DNA of 64,000 nucleotides from Lama guanicoe (taxonomy: Eukaryota): the NCBI GenBank assembly GCA_013239625.1, contig MU053482.1, forward strand, positions 905,168-969,167, given 5' to 3'. Under the pieces are notes generated by a model. It was not told the origin of the DNA. It did no database searches and saw only the letters and a program-made list of their open reading frames with translations. Below, in pieces: positions 38,531 to 51,620 of this stretch. Position 1 is the stretch's first letter; every line of letters begins with the position of its first letter. A program made the translations under genes and the position numbers.

Positions 38531-39989
38531 GCATAGAGAATAACTGGTAAGTAGATGGAATGTCAAAATGTTTCATTAGCAAACTCCAGGGAGGGATCCA
38601 ATCCCATCATATCCGATTTGTTGAGATTTTCTGTATTTGGCCCTAATTCATTGAAATCTGTGTCCCTTCCTTCTCAGTTTCTGGCTAGTCCCTGTGTATC
38701 AGTTTTAACTTTGACTGACTTGTTCCCATCCCTCCTGATGAATTCCCTGAAAACTTGTCACTTTCCAGTGCAGACTGAAGGAGAGACTTTGTATATCTGT
38801 TGCATCTGCATCTTTTGTATATCTGTTGTCCACTTTTTCAATTCCAGTTTTTACTCTGAAAAAGATGGGTTTAGTCCTCATGTGATTGACACAGGGAGTG
38901 ACTTTTCAGGTGAGACTTTGACCCCGCTTCTGCTCTACAGATCCATGGATTTATAATTGCAGGCTGAGAAGTGTAACCATCTCATTCAAATTGCAAAAAT
39001 ACTACCTTACAACAGGGTTACACACATACAGTAACAGATGAGTTGTTCCCTCACATAGGGTCTTGTTCTCTCTCTATATAAGGCATGACTGTCATTCTGT
39101 TTCATGGAAAGTGAACAGGTTTATTTAGAAGTGTTCCTCTATTCTTTTCCTTACGGGGAGGAGGAAGAGTTCCTAGAGAGAAGGGAGGAAATACTACAGA
39201 TAGTAAATATGAAAGTACAGGATTCTGATGACCTGAAGAATTAAAGCCTAATCAAGAGTTAAGAGTTTGGAAATAGTGCCTAGAGGAGGTTAAGATTCAC
39301 AAGAAACTCTAAACAACTGAAGTTGCACAATCCGGATGATTCCCATGGAAGGAAAGACATATTCTAGGGAAGAAATCTCAGAATAATTAGTGAGTTCTTG
39401 TCAGAAAAGAACCATGGCACTTGGTGAGCTATAGGTGTTACCATTTTCAGGAGACCAGATGATCACTACGCACCCCCATGAAAAATCTGCCTGCAAGGAA
39501 TAATGAAAAATAAGAAGCTAAATGTGACTTGTTACCTAGACATGGGCCCTGAGCCCTAATGCTGAGAATTCTTATATGTTGCACTGGAGGGCACAGTTTA
39601 AGAAGGAGCACTGGTTCATGCTCCTTTTTAGAAGCCCAAGCCTCAACCTCAGAATTGTCCACAGAGGATGGTGGCCTTAAGGCCACTTGCCATTTTGTTG
39701 AAGAGGAAAGAGAGGAGAGAGAATCAATATATGGGCAGTCTTTAAATCTGCAGTTACCCTCTGTCATTAAATGTGGCCCAATTAGTGGTCTGGATCCAAC
39801 TATTCAAAACAATATTTCTCCTTAGCAAGAAGAGTTATGAAAAAGCATGGGTGGTATGAGAGCAGTTTTGGAAATTTGTAATTCTCTTTCAAGTTCTATT
39901 CCTGGTCCAGCAAGAGGCGCAGATAAAAAGGAGGGTCTGGTGAATGCTTATTTTTAATAATCTCACTCTAAACCACACCAATTCTCTTG

Positions 39990-40640
39990 ATAATACTTGA
40001 CTGCTCACCAGTTCTCCCTTCCTTCCTGTACAGCTGTTTCTTTTCTGCCTCTTCTATTATTGACAGTTTTTTTCTCTGCTTGATCTATTGTCTTAATAGA
40101 GTTAGATTAAAATCTCCCCTTGTGATAGTGGTCTTGTCGGTTTTCCCTTGTAGTTTCAATAAATTTTGCTGTACATATTTTAAAGCTATGTCATTAAGTA
40201 CCTACAATCGAAAATCTTTTGTTCTCCCACTGACTTGAAACCTTTAAGAATTAACAAGTCACAATAAAAATGAAAGATCACAGATACAAGTATCAGTGTG
40301 GATAAATCTCAAAGGCAATGCTGAGAAAAACATGCAAATTACAGAAGAGGACAAGCAGTTTGATTTCATACACATAAAATTCAAAACTGAAAAACTGAAT
40401 AGTGTGTTGCTTAGGGACACACGGTACTGGTGCCAACATCTGTAAGAAAATCCAGGATAGTGGTAACTTATGGGGGAAGGGAAAAGGTTATGATTAAGGA
40501 GTACATGGGAGGCTTCAGAGGTTCTGGTAATGTTCTGTATTTTTTGTTGGTTGGTAGATATACAGGTGTATGTTTTATTATTAGCCTATATATATGTTGT
40601 ATATTCTTTTGTATATGATGTATTTCATAATAAAAATGAC
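39990..40640. mobile_element. Old LINE-1 (L1ME-like) fragments in both orientations
   Basis: TTAAAATCTCCCCTTGTGATAGTGG..TATTTTAAAGCTATGTCATTAAGTAC (-); GGGAGGCTTCAGAGGTTCTGGTAATGTTCTGTATTT (+). Confidence 0.7.
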
Positions 40641-41009
40641 TAAATATTTGTGTGGAAAAAGAGGTCAGACACAATCCCAAGACCGCCCTGCATGAATCCC
40701 CAAGCTGGGACAGCTTCCTCTCCATCTGAGATACTGAGACATCTGCTCATAAGGTCTAACGTATCTGTAAGGCCATATTCTCAGCTCAACAAGGCCTTCT
40801 AGGCCTGGCCAAGTGCGCCAGGGTGACTTTTTCACTCCCACGTTTATGACCATATTACAGTCATTCACTCTCCTATTCTGATATAAACATTCTTCATTAA
40901 ATTTTCAGACCTGAAAACACTCCTAATTTATCTCAACTTCATTTACTTTTGATAAGAATCTTCTGCAGTAGTTCCTATTTAGACAACCTGTAAAGTAACA
41001 AGAACGAAA

Positions 41010-41230
41010 TTGAAATGCCTACTTTGTGCTAGGTTCTACATATTCTAATTTACATATATTCATTTAAACTTCACAACAGTCCTGTGAAGTAAGTACTGTT
41101 AGTTTTTCCACTTTACAGATGAAAAAACCAGGGTAAAGAGAGATTAAGTAATTTGCCCAAGAATTTTCAGTTGTGATGTGGATCTAAAATCAGGCATTCT
41201 GGCTTCGAAGTCTGAGCTGTGAACCACCAA
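41010..41230 (-). mobile_element. MIR SINE
   Basis: CATTTAAACTTCACAACAGTCCTGTGAAGTAAG..TTTACAGATGAAAAAACCAGG..TTAAGTAATTTGCCCAAG. Confidence 0.8.
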
Positions 41231-42085
41231 GGTCAGGCCTTGTTCTTGCCAATTCTTGTGGTCTTGTACCTGAACTTCAGTTCAGCTAATGAAACACAAA
41301 TATCTTGGATGCCGGCAGCCTCTCTCCCAGTCCTTCAGAGTTCTGCCCACAGAACTCTGTAGATTCTCCATCACAGCATTCCACCTCTGTTGGTCCAGCA
41401 GCTCTTTCAGTGCTGTCCTTTTGCCCATAACTCAATATTTCTGAGACACCTTGAATTGTGGACCTCACTGAACAACTGCTGTCAGCCAAGAGGGTGTCAC
41501 TGTTTCTCTGCCCTGTTCAGGTGGGTGAATCTGTTTCCAGGTTGTGACTTCTTTTGCTCCTTGCATTTATCTTGCTATGAGTAAACCGCTAGCTTTGCCT
41601 GTGAATTATAACCCACAATGATGTGCAGATAAGTAAGTAAATAATCAATCTGACCATCCATTGAGAAAAATACTGCTTATATATGAAGAAGTTATGTGCT
41701 TGCAAGAAGACACAGGGACTGAGAGTGGCCCTTCTCCTGAGAGCATGTAGGCGAAGCCATCAGGATAGCAGAACTGAAGTGAAATAATCACGGGTGCCCA
41801 TAGGCCCCTGGGTGAGATAAAGGAGTTGATGATTGCTGGCACAATGCCTGCTGCATAATAGGTGCTCAATATAAAACTTTTGCTTGTGGAATATATGACT
41901 GAATGCTGCACATTTCATGCAAAACAAACTTGGCAGAGACAGAATGTCATCATGAAAGGAAATAAGAATTAACTAGATATCTGGAGGAAACCTCTGGTTG
42001 AAAGCAGAGTCTAGAATGACCTTGATTCCTCTCTGAAACTTTATTTTCTTAAAGAAAGAACTAAGGGACCTGGCAACTAAAGGCC

Positions 42086-42533
42086 TATGATGGTTAAATT
42101 TATGTGTCGGTTTGGCCGTGGGATGCCCAGATATTTGGTCAGACATTACTCTGGGTATGTCTCTGAGGCTGTGTTTGGATGAGATTAACATTGGAATCAG
42201 TAGACTGAGTACAACAGATTGCCCTCCCTAACGTGGGTGGGCCTTATCCAATCAGTTGAAGGCCTGAATAGAACAAAAAGGGTGACCCTCCCCTTAGTAA
42301 GAGCAAACTCCTTCTGCCTAGCTGAGCTAGGACATTGGTCTTTTCCTACCTTCAGATTTAGACTGAAACATTGGCTCTTCTTGGGTCTCAGCCTCCTGCC
42401 TTTTGGACTGGAACTACACCATCAGCTCTCCTGGATCTTCAGCATTATCATTTGAGCCAACTTCTTACAATGAATCTCTATCTCTAAATCTTTCTCTATC
42501 CTGTTGGTTCTGTTTCCCTGGAGAACCCTGGCA
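42086..42533 (+). mobile_element. MLT2 (ERV-L) solo LTR
   Basis: TGATGGTTAAATTTATGTGTC..TGCCCAGATATTTGGTCAGACATTA..CCAATCAGTTGAAGGCCTGAATAGAACAAAAAGG..TTGGTTCTGTTTCCCTGGAGAACCCTG; AGGCC on both flanks as possible TSD. Confidence 0.9.
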
Positions 42534-43699
42534 GAGGCCAACGTCTAAACAATAATGAGGAATTTGTCTGTGATGTAAACATTGAGAAAAAAATGAAAGA
42601 GTAGTATTAGATTTGAAAATGGTACCTTAAGGAAGAGAAAGAAGACAATCATAGTTCTGCAATGTGAAACTTTAAAGTTGGCTTTAAAAGAATTGGAAAA
42701 TTCCGATTTAAAAAATACAAAATATGATAGCAAAGAAGAAAAGGAAGAGGCACGTGAAGATGTCAAGGAGACTGTAGAGGGAGCTGTCTGATCAGCTCAG
42801 ATACCAAAGGACAGTTTAAAGATGAAAGAAGGGCACATGACCAGAGGCTTCCTTGCATGCACTATTGACTGAGAATTAACGTAATGAACATTTGTATGAA
42901 TAAAACTGACATGAAGAACAATGATAAGACATACAAGACTTGTGTCCAGAAAAATAACATCCAAGTATGCTAGAATTGCAGAAACATGCTTCAGAGAAAA
43001 GAAAGAAGTGAAGGGGCTTTATTTTTAACCACAGGCCATACTAGAACAAATCCTGTTTTAAGAAAGAACAGACCCTGCTTAGAGATCATGCTTGAATACT
43101 TATGGGGACAAGAAAGCATATGTCTCAGTCCTGATTTGGTTCCTTCTTGGCTTTCAAAGTATAATATTGAGCTGAGAAGTGTTACAGGGACTCTGGAGAG
43201 AAGGAAGAGAGTGCAGAGTCAGGACTTACAACACCCCACATTCCAGAAGTTTGCAGAGGGATTCCTGACATACTCACAGTCCAGTCATTTCAACAATCAT
43301 TTATCAAACATGTGTCCTCTACCAGGTCAGACATTCAAAACACAGAGATGAAGACTACACAAGGTAGTCTCCCTGGGAGCTTGATGATGTCCAGAGAATG
43401 GAACAGGTGCTAGAGAGCAAGACATCTTCTGATTTCCCCACAGGTAATGAAGTAGATTGCTCAAACTACCTGGTCCTCATGTAATCAGACTTCGAATCAA
43501 GTTGACTTACTCCGTATTCAACATCTGGTGGACAGTAAAAGTGAGATTCAGTCTTCTGAACCATGGCATTCTCACTGGGACTCTGCTCTGACTCCTAGTT
43601 CTCCTTCTGTCGCTGTATTCTCCTGTTTTCTAGTCCTTAGCTTTGTCTCTTGGTTGTAATTCTGTCCTATCTCTCTGAATAAAATGCCAGATGTGACTT

Positions 43700-44495
43700 T
43701 CATTCATTCATTTATTCAGCACATATTTACTGAATGTCTCTTATGTGCCAGACTCCATTCTAGGTGCTGAGGATACACCAGTGAGTAAAACAAAGATTCT
43801 GCCCTAATGGAACTTACCTTCTGATATTAGTTGTAGTGGTGGACACAAAATATAAACAAATATATATATACATTTATAGATACATAGGTATAGTTTACAG
43901 TAGTGCTATAAAGAAAAATAAAATAGATAAGACTAAAAGGGACAAGGAGTCCTAGGGGTTACTGTTTAATGTAGTGTGATCAGGGAAATCTCAAATAAAG
44001 CAACACTTGAACAAAAATTGAAAGGAATTTAGAGTGAGAGCATACTTGTGTCTGGTATGAAGAACATCTCGTTAGAGGGAAATGCTAGTGTAAAAGCTGG
44101 AACAGAGTGAGTGGAACAAGACTGGTGAGAGGTGAGGTCATCGTATTAGTGAGGACAAGGGGAACACAGGATATGGGGTCTTCTAAGCCATGGTTGAGAC
44201 TTTGGCTTTAATCTGAAACTATAATCCTTGAAGAGTTTTGAATAAGGAAGTCCCATCACCTGGCATGTCTTAAAAGGACAACTTGGACTTTCATATGGAG
44301 AATAGGCTTGAGGTGGGGCAGATAAAATCAGAAGAAGAGAGAGCAGTTAGGAGTCTATCACAGTTACCCGGGAAGGAATTGATGGTGGCTTGGGCCAGGT
44401 TGTAATGGTAGAGGCAGGAAGAAGTGATACAATTCTGAATGTATTTTGAAGGTACAGCTGGAAGGCTTTGCTGTTGGATTGGATGTAGGGTGTGT
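43700..44495 (-). mobile_element. LINE-2 3' region
   Basis: TTCATTCATTCATTTATTCAGCACATATTTACTGAATGTCTCTTATGTGCCAGAC tail; TATTTTGAAGGTACAGCTG..TTTGCTGTTGGATTGGATGT. Confidence 0.85.
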
Positions 44496-44831
44496 GGAGT
44501 ACTGAGATGGGGTGTTCCTGGCTTTGGCCGTTAGTGTTTCTAAGACATGGCTTATTCTCACCTTCTGATGTTACCCACTTCTAGGGGCTTTGGTAGCCCA
44601 CTCTTTCTACCCTGACTAAGAACCCAGTACCCAGCTCTGGCTTTGGCCTCTCTGGCCAGTGTCCCTCCTAGGTTTGTTCTAAACTCCAGAGGAAAATTAG
44701 GCAGGTGTTTTCTTCTCTTAAGTTGAAAAACAAAAACAAAAAATTAACTGAAATGGCTTCCTTTGTGTTCTGAAAGTGCATGTCGATGTAGGGAAAAATG
44801 AGATTATGTATTAAAACGTAGCATTTTACTT

Positions 44832-45005
44832 ATTTTTAATTTTTTAAAAAATATTTTATTTATTGTTGTATTATTTAATTGGGGGAGGTAATTGGCTTTT
44901 TTTTGGTTTTGTTTTGGTTTTTTTTGGAGGAGGTACTGGGGATTGAACCCAGGACCTCCTGCATATTAAGCATTCACTATACCACTTGAGCAGTACTCTC
45001 CCCCC
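44832..45005 (-). mobile_element. tRNA-derived SINE of camelid Vic-1 type
   Basis: Reverse complement GGGGGAGAGTACTGCTCAAGTGGTATAGTGAATGCTTAATATGCAGGAGGTCCTGGGTTCAATCCCCAGTACCTCC (A/B boxes), then A-rich linker, AATTACCTCCCCC and A-rich tail. Confidence 0.8.
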
Positions 45006-46639
45006 TCACTTAATTTTATTCTTGATTAAAGAATCAATGTTTAGGCACATAGGTGATCATAAAGTCAAAATGGGCACACAAATCCTGAAGGAAAATGTCC
45101 TAGGAAGATGAACCTGTGTTTCTATATCAAGTCCAAAAGATAGTTGGTTCAGATGTCTTTTCCCTCATGGTATGGGAATGAATTTACTTCTGATGAATAA
45201 CTTCTGATTCTAGCAGGAGTCTGATGACTGCAAAGGAAACTAAGTGTTGATGCCTGTTCTGTTTTTTCATAGTAGAAGTGCATGTCACCTGCCCTACCAC
45301 TAATTTCTCCCCTTTTACACTAATTGGAACCTGGACCATTGTCTTTGAAATAGGAGCCGAGGGTGGCATTCCTGCATCCCTGGGTCAGACCAAGGGAGTC
45401 CAGCTTTATGTCTCTGTTTTGGCTGCTACACAGATGGCTTGCCATTCCCACACACGAACAGAAGCTGATTAGCACTCCAGTGCCCTATTTAAGCTTTCTG
45501 GCTCCAGAGAGAAGCTATTTTGAAAAGTGAAAAGATTACACTCCGATAATAGACCAGAGGCCTTACACATGTGGATGGCTCACAGAGGATTAAAAGAGCA
45601 GACCCAGAATAAAGGCAGCCTGTGCCTGCTAGAACAATGAGGGGGACTTGCTTTCATGCTGACTGCAGGGGCTGTTTGAAGGAAGTTCCCCGCTCAGATC
45701 AGCGATGAGTCTGTAAACCACACAGTGGTGGTGGTTTAGGGGCCAGTGTCTGATCCAATTGGACCACTTCATACGTCTTTGATGTTTCAGGGACCTCAGG
45801 TCCTAATTGGTAGACTGCTCTCCCCAAAATTTGTTCCTTTCCTGAGTGTTCCTACACAGAAATGTCTTCCCGGGGTCACTAATCATCTGAAGAAGTAGAT
45901 GGACTGGGAAAATTCACACTCGTTCTAATTCATTTTAGACAAAAATGATGCAGATTGGAATTTTGTTCATTTCAGACCAAGATCTCTTAAGCTACTTTTA
46001 AGAGGCACTCATGGCTAGACAGGGCCTTTAAGTCGTCTACATCAAATTTAAGGAGATCGAGGCTTTGGAAAGAATAGCTTACTCAACTGTGATAATATCC
46101 ATATGTTAAAGTGTTCACTTACCAAGAAAAATTGTATGGCCCAAGGATACAAAGTTTATTGTAACTTTAGTCTCAATGCATTTTCTGTCCAGGAAAGCCA
46201 ACCTTGGAAACTAATTTAACAAATACATTCAACAACATTTTATTAAACACATATTATGTGTTAAGAACCTTGCCTGGCACTGAGGATGCAATGATGAAAG
46301 AAGATTATGGCACTGGTCTTGGTGTCTATAGTCAATTAGGAGGAAACTGAACTGTACCCAGCCCCCTCCTCCCAGTCCTGTGGATGTGGAGGACTCATTA
46401 TGTAATCCATGGTGTTTGTCCTAGGAACTTTTCAGGAGTCTGTCAGGTCTATTTTTTACTCAAGCATGTATGTTATAGGTAGAAATGAATTGTAGTGATC
46501 CATTCCAGCAGTCTTTGAAAGTTTATTTTCAGGTACCAACAAAATGCTGCAGGATCATCTTACAAATTTCATCCCCCAAACCTGAATTCAGCCATTTATC
46601 CAAAGAATCTTGGTTCCTTTTAACGTAAAACTATGTTAT

Positions 46640-47930
46640 ATTTTTGCTATTTTTTCTAATTGTAAAGGCATAGTTTCATTACAGAAAGTATGGGACTAAC
46701 ATTGTCGTGTGAATAAGTAGAAAAATAATCCAGGCATTTTAAAGCAACTACTGATAACATTTTAACATATTTTTTCCCAAATCTTTTTGCAATGAAATTC
46801 TACATAGCTGAATTATATTTATATATAAAGTAATAGCTTGCATTTTTCACTTGAAAAAGAACATTCATAATAGTTTTCCTCTATCATTAAAAACTTTCAC
46901 AAGCATCATTTCAATAGTAGTATCATGTCCCACTATATAGACTTACCATAACTTCCTTAATCATTCTTCAAATGTTGGACATTGGCTTACTTTTGTAAAG
47001 TATGCTTCAGAGGGCAGCTGTGTACTTAAATCTTGGATCCTATTTTATATTGTTTCCTTAGAATGTGTTCCAGAAGTAGAAGTCATGGATCAGAGGATGT
47101 AAACATATTTAAAGCTCTTGAAACATATTACCAAATAGCTATCTGGAAACTGTTATCCTATGCCCTTGCCAGCACTGAACATTCTCGTTTTAAAATCTTT
47201 ATTGTGATAGTTGAAAAATTACTATCTTTGTTGTCATTTAAATGTTTATTCTGAATAGATTGACACTTGATCTGTTAGAATACTGCAAATATTTCTCCCA
47301 GTTTATCATCTGCCTTTCAGTTTTGGGTTAGTTTTTGATATGCAGAGACCTTCTCTACTCATCAGCTGATATCTCCAATTGAAACTTCTTTCGGAGATTG
47401 CTTTGGCTGTTCAGGTTCTTTTGTGGTTCCTTATAAATTTTGGAATTATTTGTTCTAGTTCTGTAAGGAATGAAGTGAGTATTTTGACGGAGGTTGCATT
47501 GGATCTGTAGATTGCTTTGGGTAGTGTGGCCATTTTGACAGTGTTGATTCTTCCAATCCAAGAGCATAAGAAATCTTTCCATTTCTTTGTGTCATTTCGA
47601 TTTTTGGAGTATAGGTAACCTCCTTGGTTAAGTTTATTTCTAGGTATTTTGATGTTTTTGATGTAATGGAAAGGTCTCTGCCAGTTATAAGATTCTTGGT
47701 TTTTGAAGTGAAAAAAAAAGTGACTGAAATAACAAAATATCCTTCTTTCTTATGGGTGAGTTGTATTCCATTACATATATATATGCTGCACCTTCATTAT
47801 CTGTTCAACTATTGATGTGCACTTAGGATACTTCCATATCTTGGCAATTATAAATAATGTTGCTGTTAATAGCAGGGTGTATGTACCTTTTTGAATTAGT
47901 TCTTATTTTGTGGTTGGCTTTATTCCTTTG
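46640..47930 (-). mobile_element. Mosaic of LINE-1 fragments (old L1ME-like plus a younger ORF2 piece at ~47385-47680)
   Basis: GATTGCTTTGGCTGTTCAGG..GGATCTGTAGATTGCTTTGGGTAGTGTGGCCATTTTGACAGTGTTGATTCTTCCAATCCAAGAGCAT. Confidence 0.8.
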
Positions 47931-47934
47931 ATAA

Positions 47935-47980
47935 CTATATAAGTTTAAAAAACTAAACTATATAAGTTTAAAAAACTAAA
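47935..47980. repeat. Perfect 23-bp tandem duplication
   Basis: CTATATAAGTTTAAAAAACTAAA x2. Confidence 0.95.
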
Positions 47981-48039
47981 GCTCTAAATGTTCTTAGAAA
48001 CAATGAACAGTACATATATGTAAATTAAAAATATATGTA

Positions 48040-48560
48040 CAGTAAAGAAAAATGAGCTATCAAGCCATGAAAGACATGGAAGAAACTTAAAAGACATATT
48101 ACTAAATGAAAGAAGCCAGTCTGAAAAGACTACAAACTGTACGATTCCAACCAAATGACATTCTGGAAAAGGCAAAGCTACAGAAACAATAAAAAGATTG
48201 TGCTTTCCAGGGGTTTGAGGAGAGGGAGGGAGGGAGGAGTGAATAGATGGAGCACAAGGGATTTTTAGGGCAATGAAATTATTCTGTATGATGCTATAGT
48301 GGTGGCTACATGTCATTATGCATTTGTCAAAACCCATAGAATATACAACATCAAGAGTGAACCCTAATGTAAACTACAGACTTTGGTTGATAATAATGTG
48401 TCCATGTTGGTTCATCAATTGTACCAAATATACCACATTGATGAGGGATGTTGAGGGTAGGTAATATGCATAGGTGGGGAGGGCTATGTGCAAACTCTCT
48501 ATTTTCTGCTCAATTTTGCTGTGAACCTGAAACTGCTCTGAAAAAAATAAGACTATTAAT
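48040..48560 (+). mobile_element. L1MC-like 3' end
   Basis: AATGAGCTATCAAGCCATGAAAGACATGGAAGAAACTTAAA..GTGAACCCTAATGTAAACTACAGACTTTGG..CAATTTTGCTGTGAACCTGAAACTGCTCT. Confidence 0.85.
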
Positions 48561-50199
48561 AAAAATAAATAAATAAACCTACCCCTACAAACAAATAAAA
48601 ATAAAAAAATAGAATCAGAACACCAAAAAAAAAAAGAAAGAAAGAAACTTCTTCTTTTGGGTTTATAATATCTACAATGATAGCAGAAATAAAAAGGAAG
48701 TTGACATCTGATATATATAAATTAATTATAAAACTGATTTTGCAAGAGCACAAATGTTATATAAAGCAAGAAAGAAGGGCCAGGAAGAGATCTGCAAGTC
48801 CTCCATGTGGTCACACAGAGGTGGAGCCCAGCTCCGCATTGTAATCCGAGTGTGGCAGGGCCCTTCTCAGCTCTGCTCATTTCTGACGGGCCATCGAGTC
48901 TCCCATTTTTGAGGGGGTGATCTTTGTTGAGATAGTCACTTCTGAAAACCAGTTGTCATTTAATAATCCACATGGACCACAACCCTTCAAAAATGTCTCA
49001 GCCAGAGCCCTGTGATGGGACTAGGAACAACAAAATTTTTCCTGGCTGCACTGCCAGAGTCTCCCTGTTCTTCATCAGAAAAACAGGCAGAACTATAATA
49101 ATAGAAGGGAAGGATGAGGCCACCTCACTATGGGAACAAGCTCAGAACTCAGTCCTGTTTGTGCCACAAAAGCCATCCTTCAGCGTCTGCTCAGATGTGC
49201 CCAGTGGACATTCCCTCCCATTGACGCTGCTTTCTCCCTGGGTCAGCTTCCCCTTCTTGCATCTCTCTTTCCAGCGCCCTCCTTCTTCACTCCCTGCACA
49301 CCTTAGGATTAAGAGTTTCATCTTGGCATTTTGCAAACTACAGTAGTATCTCGAGTTTCTCCAATGCATTCACTGCAGTTTCCTTATGCTCAATTCATTG
49401 CTAAATTGGGAGGGGTAAGGTGGGGTGAAGCTTACCTTTAATTTCCTAAAGAGAAAACTAAAAACTAGATTTTTTTTGCTATTTATCCTAACATGTAAAT
49501 ACATCTCATCAAGGTGAATATAATTTTTGCCAAGGACAATACAATTTAATATGTACCAAGAAGGAAATAATTTGTATCAGCATGACTCTGGGCCTTGCCT
49601 ATGTTGGAATGATACACTTCACCATTATTGTGTTAAGGAGCATTTGGCAATCTCGGAGCCTGGCCTGCTTTACAGAAGGACCCACACTCCTCTAAAAGGC
49701 CCTTTCCTTGCTGTGCAGGATGGCTGCTGCCTGCTTCAATTAATTTGAGCATCAGTTCATCTCACCTTAAAATGGCATGTTCCCCACCTGCCACCAAGAT
49801 AAATTATGTTCTTGGAAGATTGTCAGTCTCCATATTGGCTTTGACTCATTGACTACTATATATATTTTTCAGAATACTACTTGTATTTTATATACACACA
49901 CTTTTTCAGGGAGACATATAAATTTAATTTTGCTTGTATAAGTAGATAACTTTTGAGGCAGAAAATTTGGCTTTCTGGCCTTCTTCTGTTTCTACTAATG
50001 GAGATGGCAACTGGCTAATTGTGAGCAAAACATTTGAATGGTTATTTATTTAAATAAATAACCAGTAGGCTTACCTGGCCCTGGGACTAGGTTTAAAAGG
50101 GCATTTTTCTCTCTTTATGTAGCTGAGCAAAAGCTGTGGTCCTGTCTGCACGGTGTGCTGAGCTCAGAGGAGGATGTGAAATGATTTGCAGAAGGCGAT

Positions 50200-50680
50200 T
50201 CATTGATGGGAAAACTCCTAGAGTCCATCGACATAGCAAACATGAGGCCCGGGCCGGAAATGAAACAAAGGCCCCAAACAGGAGCCCTCCGTGGGTGAGT
50301 CTGGGCTGTGGCCGGGAGTGCGGCGCGTGGGCCTTGGGTGGGGCTGGGGGCTCTGCTTCGGGGTGTGGTTGGGGCTGGCACGGCAGCAGGCGCAGCCACC
50401 CCGGCAGGCTGTGGACTCTGGGAGAAGCGGCGAAGGTGTGTTTCTGAGCTGACCAAGTCACACGCTGGGGATCCAAGGATGAGGCGTTACTGCGGAGGTG
50501 AAGGATCTTTATAGAGGTTATTGCCGCAGCTGTAAACAAGCACCCCCTCACTTTATGAAACCAGTGCCCAATCACGTGAGACAGCAGTGGAAGAGTGGAG
50601 GGTGTGAAGCGATCATGTTTTCCTGCATGTGTTTTTAGAAGTGGGATGGAGCCGTTCAGAGCGAGTGAGCCCCTGGTGTT
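50200..50680. promoter_or_regulatory. GC/CpG-enriched promoter-like region, by synteny probably an upstream SYT9 promoter
   Basis: Local CpG enrichment; ETS-like CCGGAAAT 50254-50261, CAGCTG 50527-50532, FOX-like TGTAAACA 50531-50538, CCAAT 50568-50572 abutting palindrome TCACGTGA 50572-50579. SYT9 follows RBMXL2 in the human gene order (recalled). Confidence 0.55.
50242..50290 (+). other. Candidate short coding first exon (possibly an alternative SYT9 exon 1)
   Basis: ATG 50242 (in-frame upstream ATG at 50206) reads MRPGPEMKQRPQTGAL, then tandem donors GTGGGT (50291, phase 1) and GTGAGT (50295, phase 2). Confidence 0.35.
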
Positions 50681-50869
50681 CTGGCACTTTGAGCATGGTG
50701 GGGGTTTCACTGGGGAGAAACTGGATTTCTTAAAGTTGCTCAAGCCAGAAATCTTGGATTTCTGTTTTCCCTTTCCCTATTTGCAGTCTTATCAATAAGC
50801 CCCAATGACTCCATCTCTCAAACCTAAATAAATTCATCTGCCTTTCTTTACTTCTGCTTCTGTGATGCT

Positions 50870-51620
50870 GGTTTGGGCCACTGGCATTGCTGTCCTGGTT
50901 TACTTACCTCCTGACTCATTTCAGCTCTCTCCCCTGTAATATTCACTCTCTACACAGAGTTAACTTTTAAAAATAGAAATCAACCTTGTCATTCCCATGC
51001 CAAAACACTCCAGTGGCTTAACATCCTCCTCGTAACGAAACTGAATCTCCATACTCTGGACAACAAGGCCCTGCAAGGTCTGACCCGTCTCCAGCCCCTT
51101 CTTTTACCACTCTTCCCCTTGCCCTCTGCACTGGAGCCACATTTTTCGGGAGCAGAAAAGTTCATTCCCACCCCAGGGCCTGCGTACCAGCTGTTCCCTT
51201 TGCTTCATTGCACTTCTGGCTCCTCAGCTTCCATATCCCAGCATCAGAGAGGCTTTTCTTGGACATCCAAGTAAAAGTAGCCCCCATTTCCCATCATTCT
51301 AATATTTTCAAATTAGCATTTACCACTACTTAATGCTTTCGTAATTATTTTTACCTATTTGTCTGTCATCTCTCTAATCTAAGCTAACAACTAGTTTATG
51401 GTGTAGTGGGGGGGCAGTCAGGGAGGGAGTGGCAACAGATGAATGAATAATTGAAGGAGTGTCTAGCTATGAATTAATTCGTTTAGTATTTCTTCTAGTA
51501 TTAGACTGCAAGTTCCATGGGAGCAGGGATCTTGAATGGATCCTCAGCTCCTGGAACAATCCTTAGTACATAGTAATCATTTAATAAATGTTTGTTGAAT
51601 GAATGAATAGCTGAAGTGAG
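50870..51620 (+). mobile_element. LINE-2 3' region
   Basis: AAAACACTCCAGTGGCTT..CAAGGCCCTGCAAGGTCTGACC; tail AATAAATGTTTGTTGAATGAATGAA. Confidence 0.75.

Noticed and set aside
38555..38956. 133-aa ORF
   Set aside because: No recognisable motif, splice context or codon signal; compatible with chance.
44925..45005. Possible tRNA gene
   Set aside because: tRNA-like head is mutated and attached to a SINE body and A-rich tail.
50093..50743. 216-aa minus-strand ORF over the second GC-rich island
   Set aside because: Low-complexity Pro/Ala-rich translation typical of GC-rich promoters; no recognisable domain.
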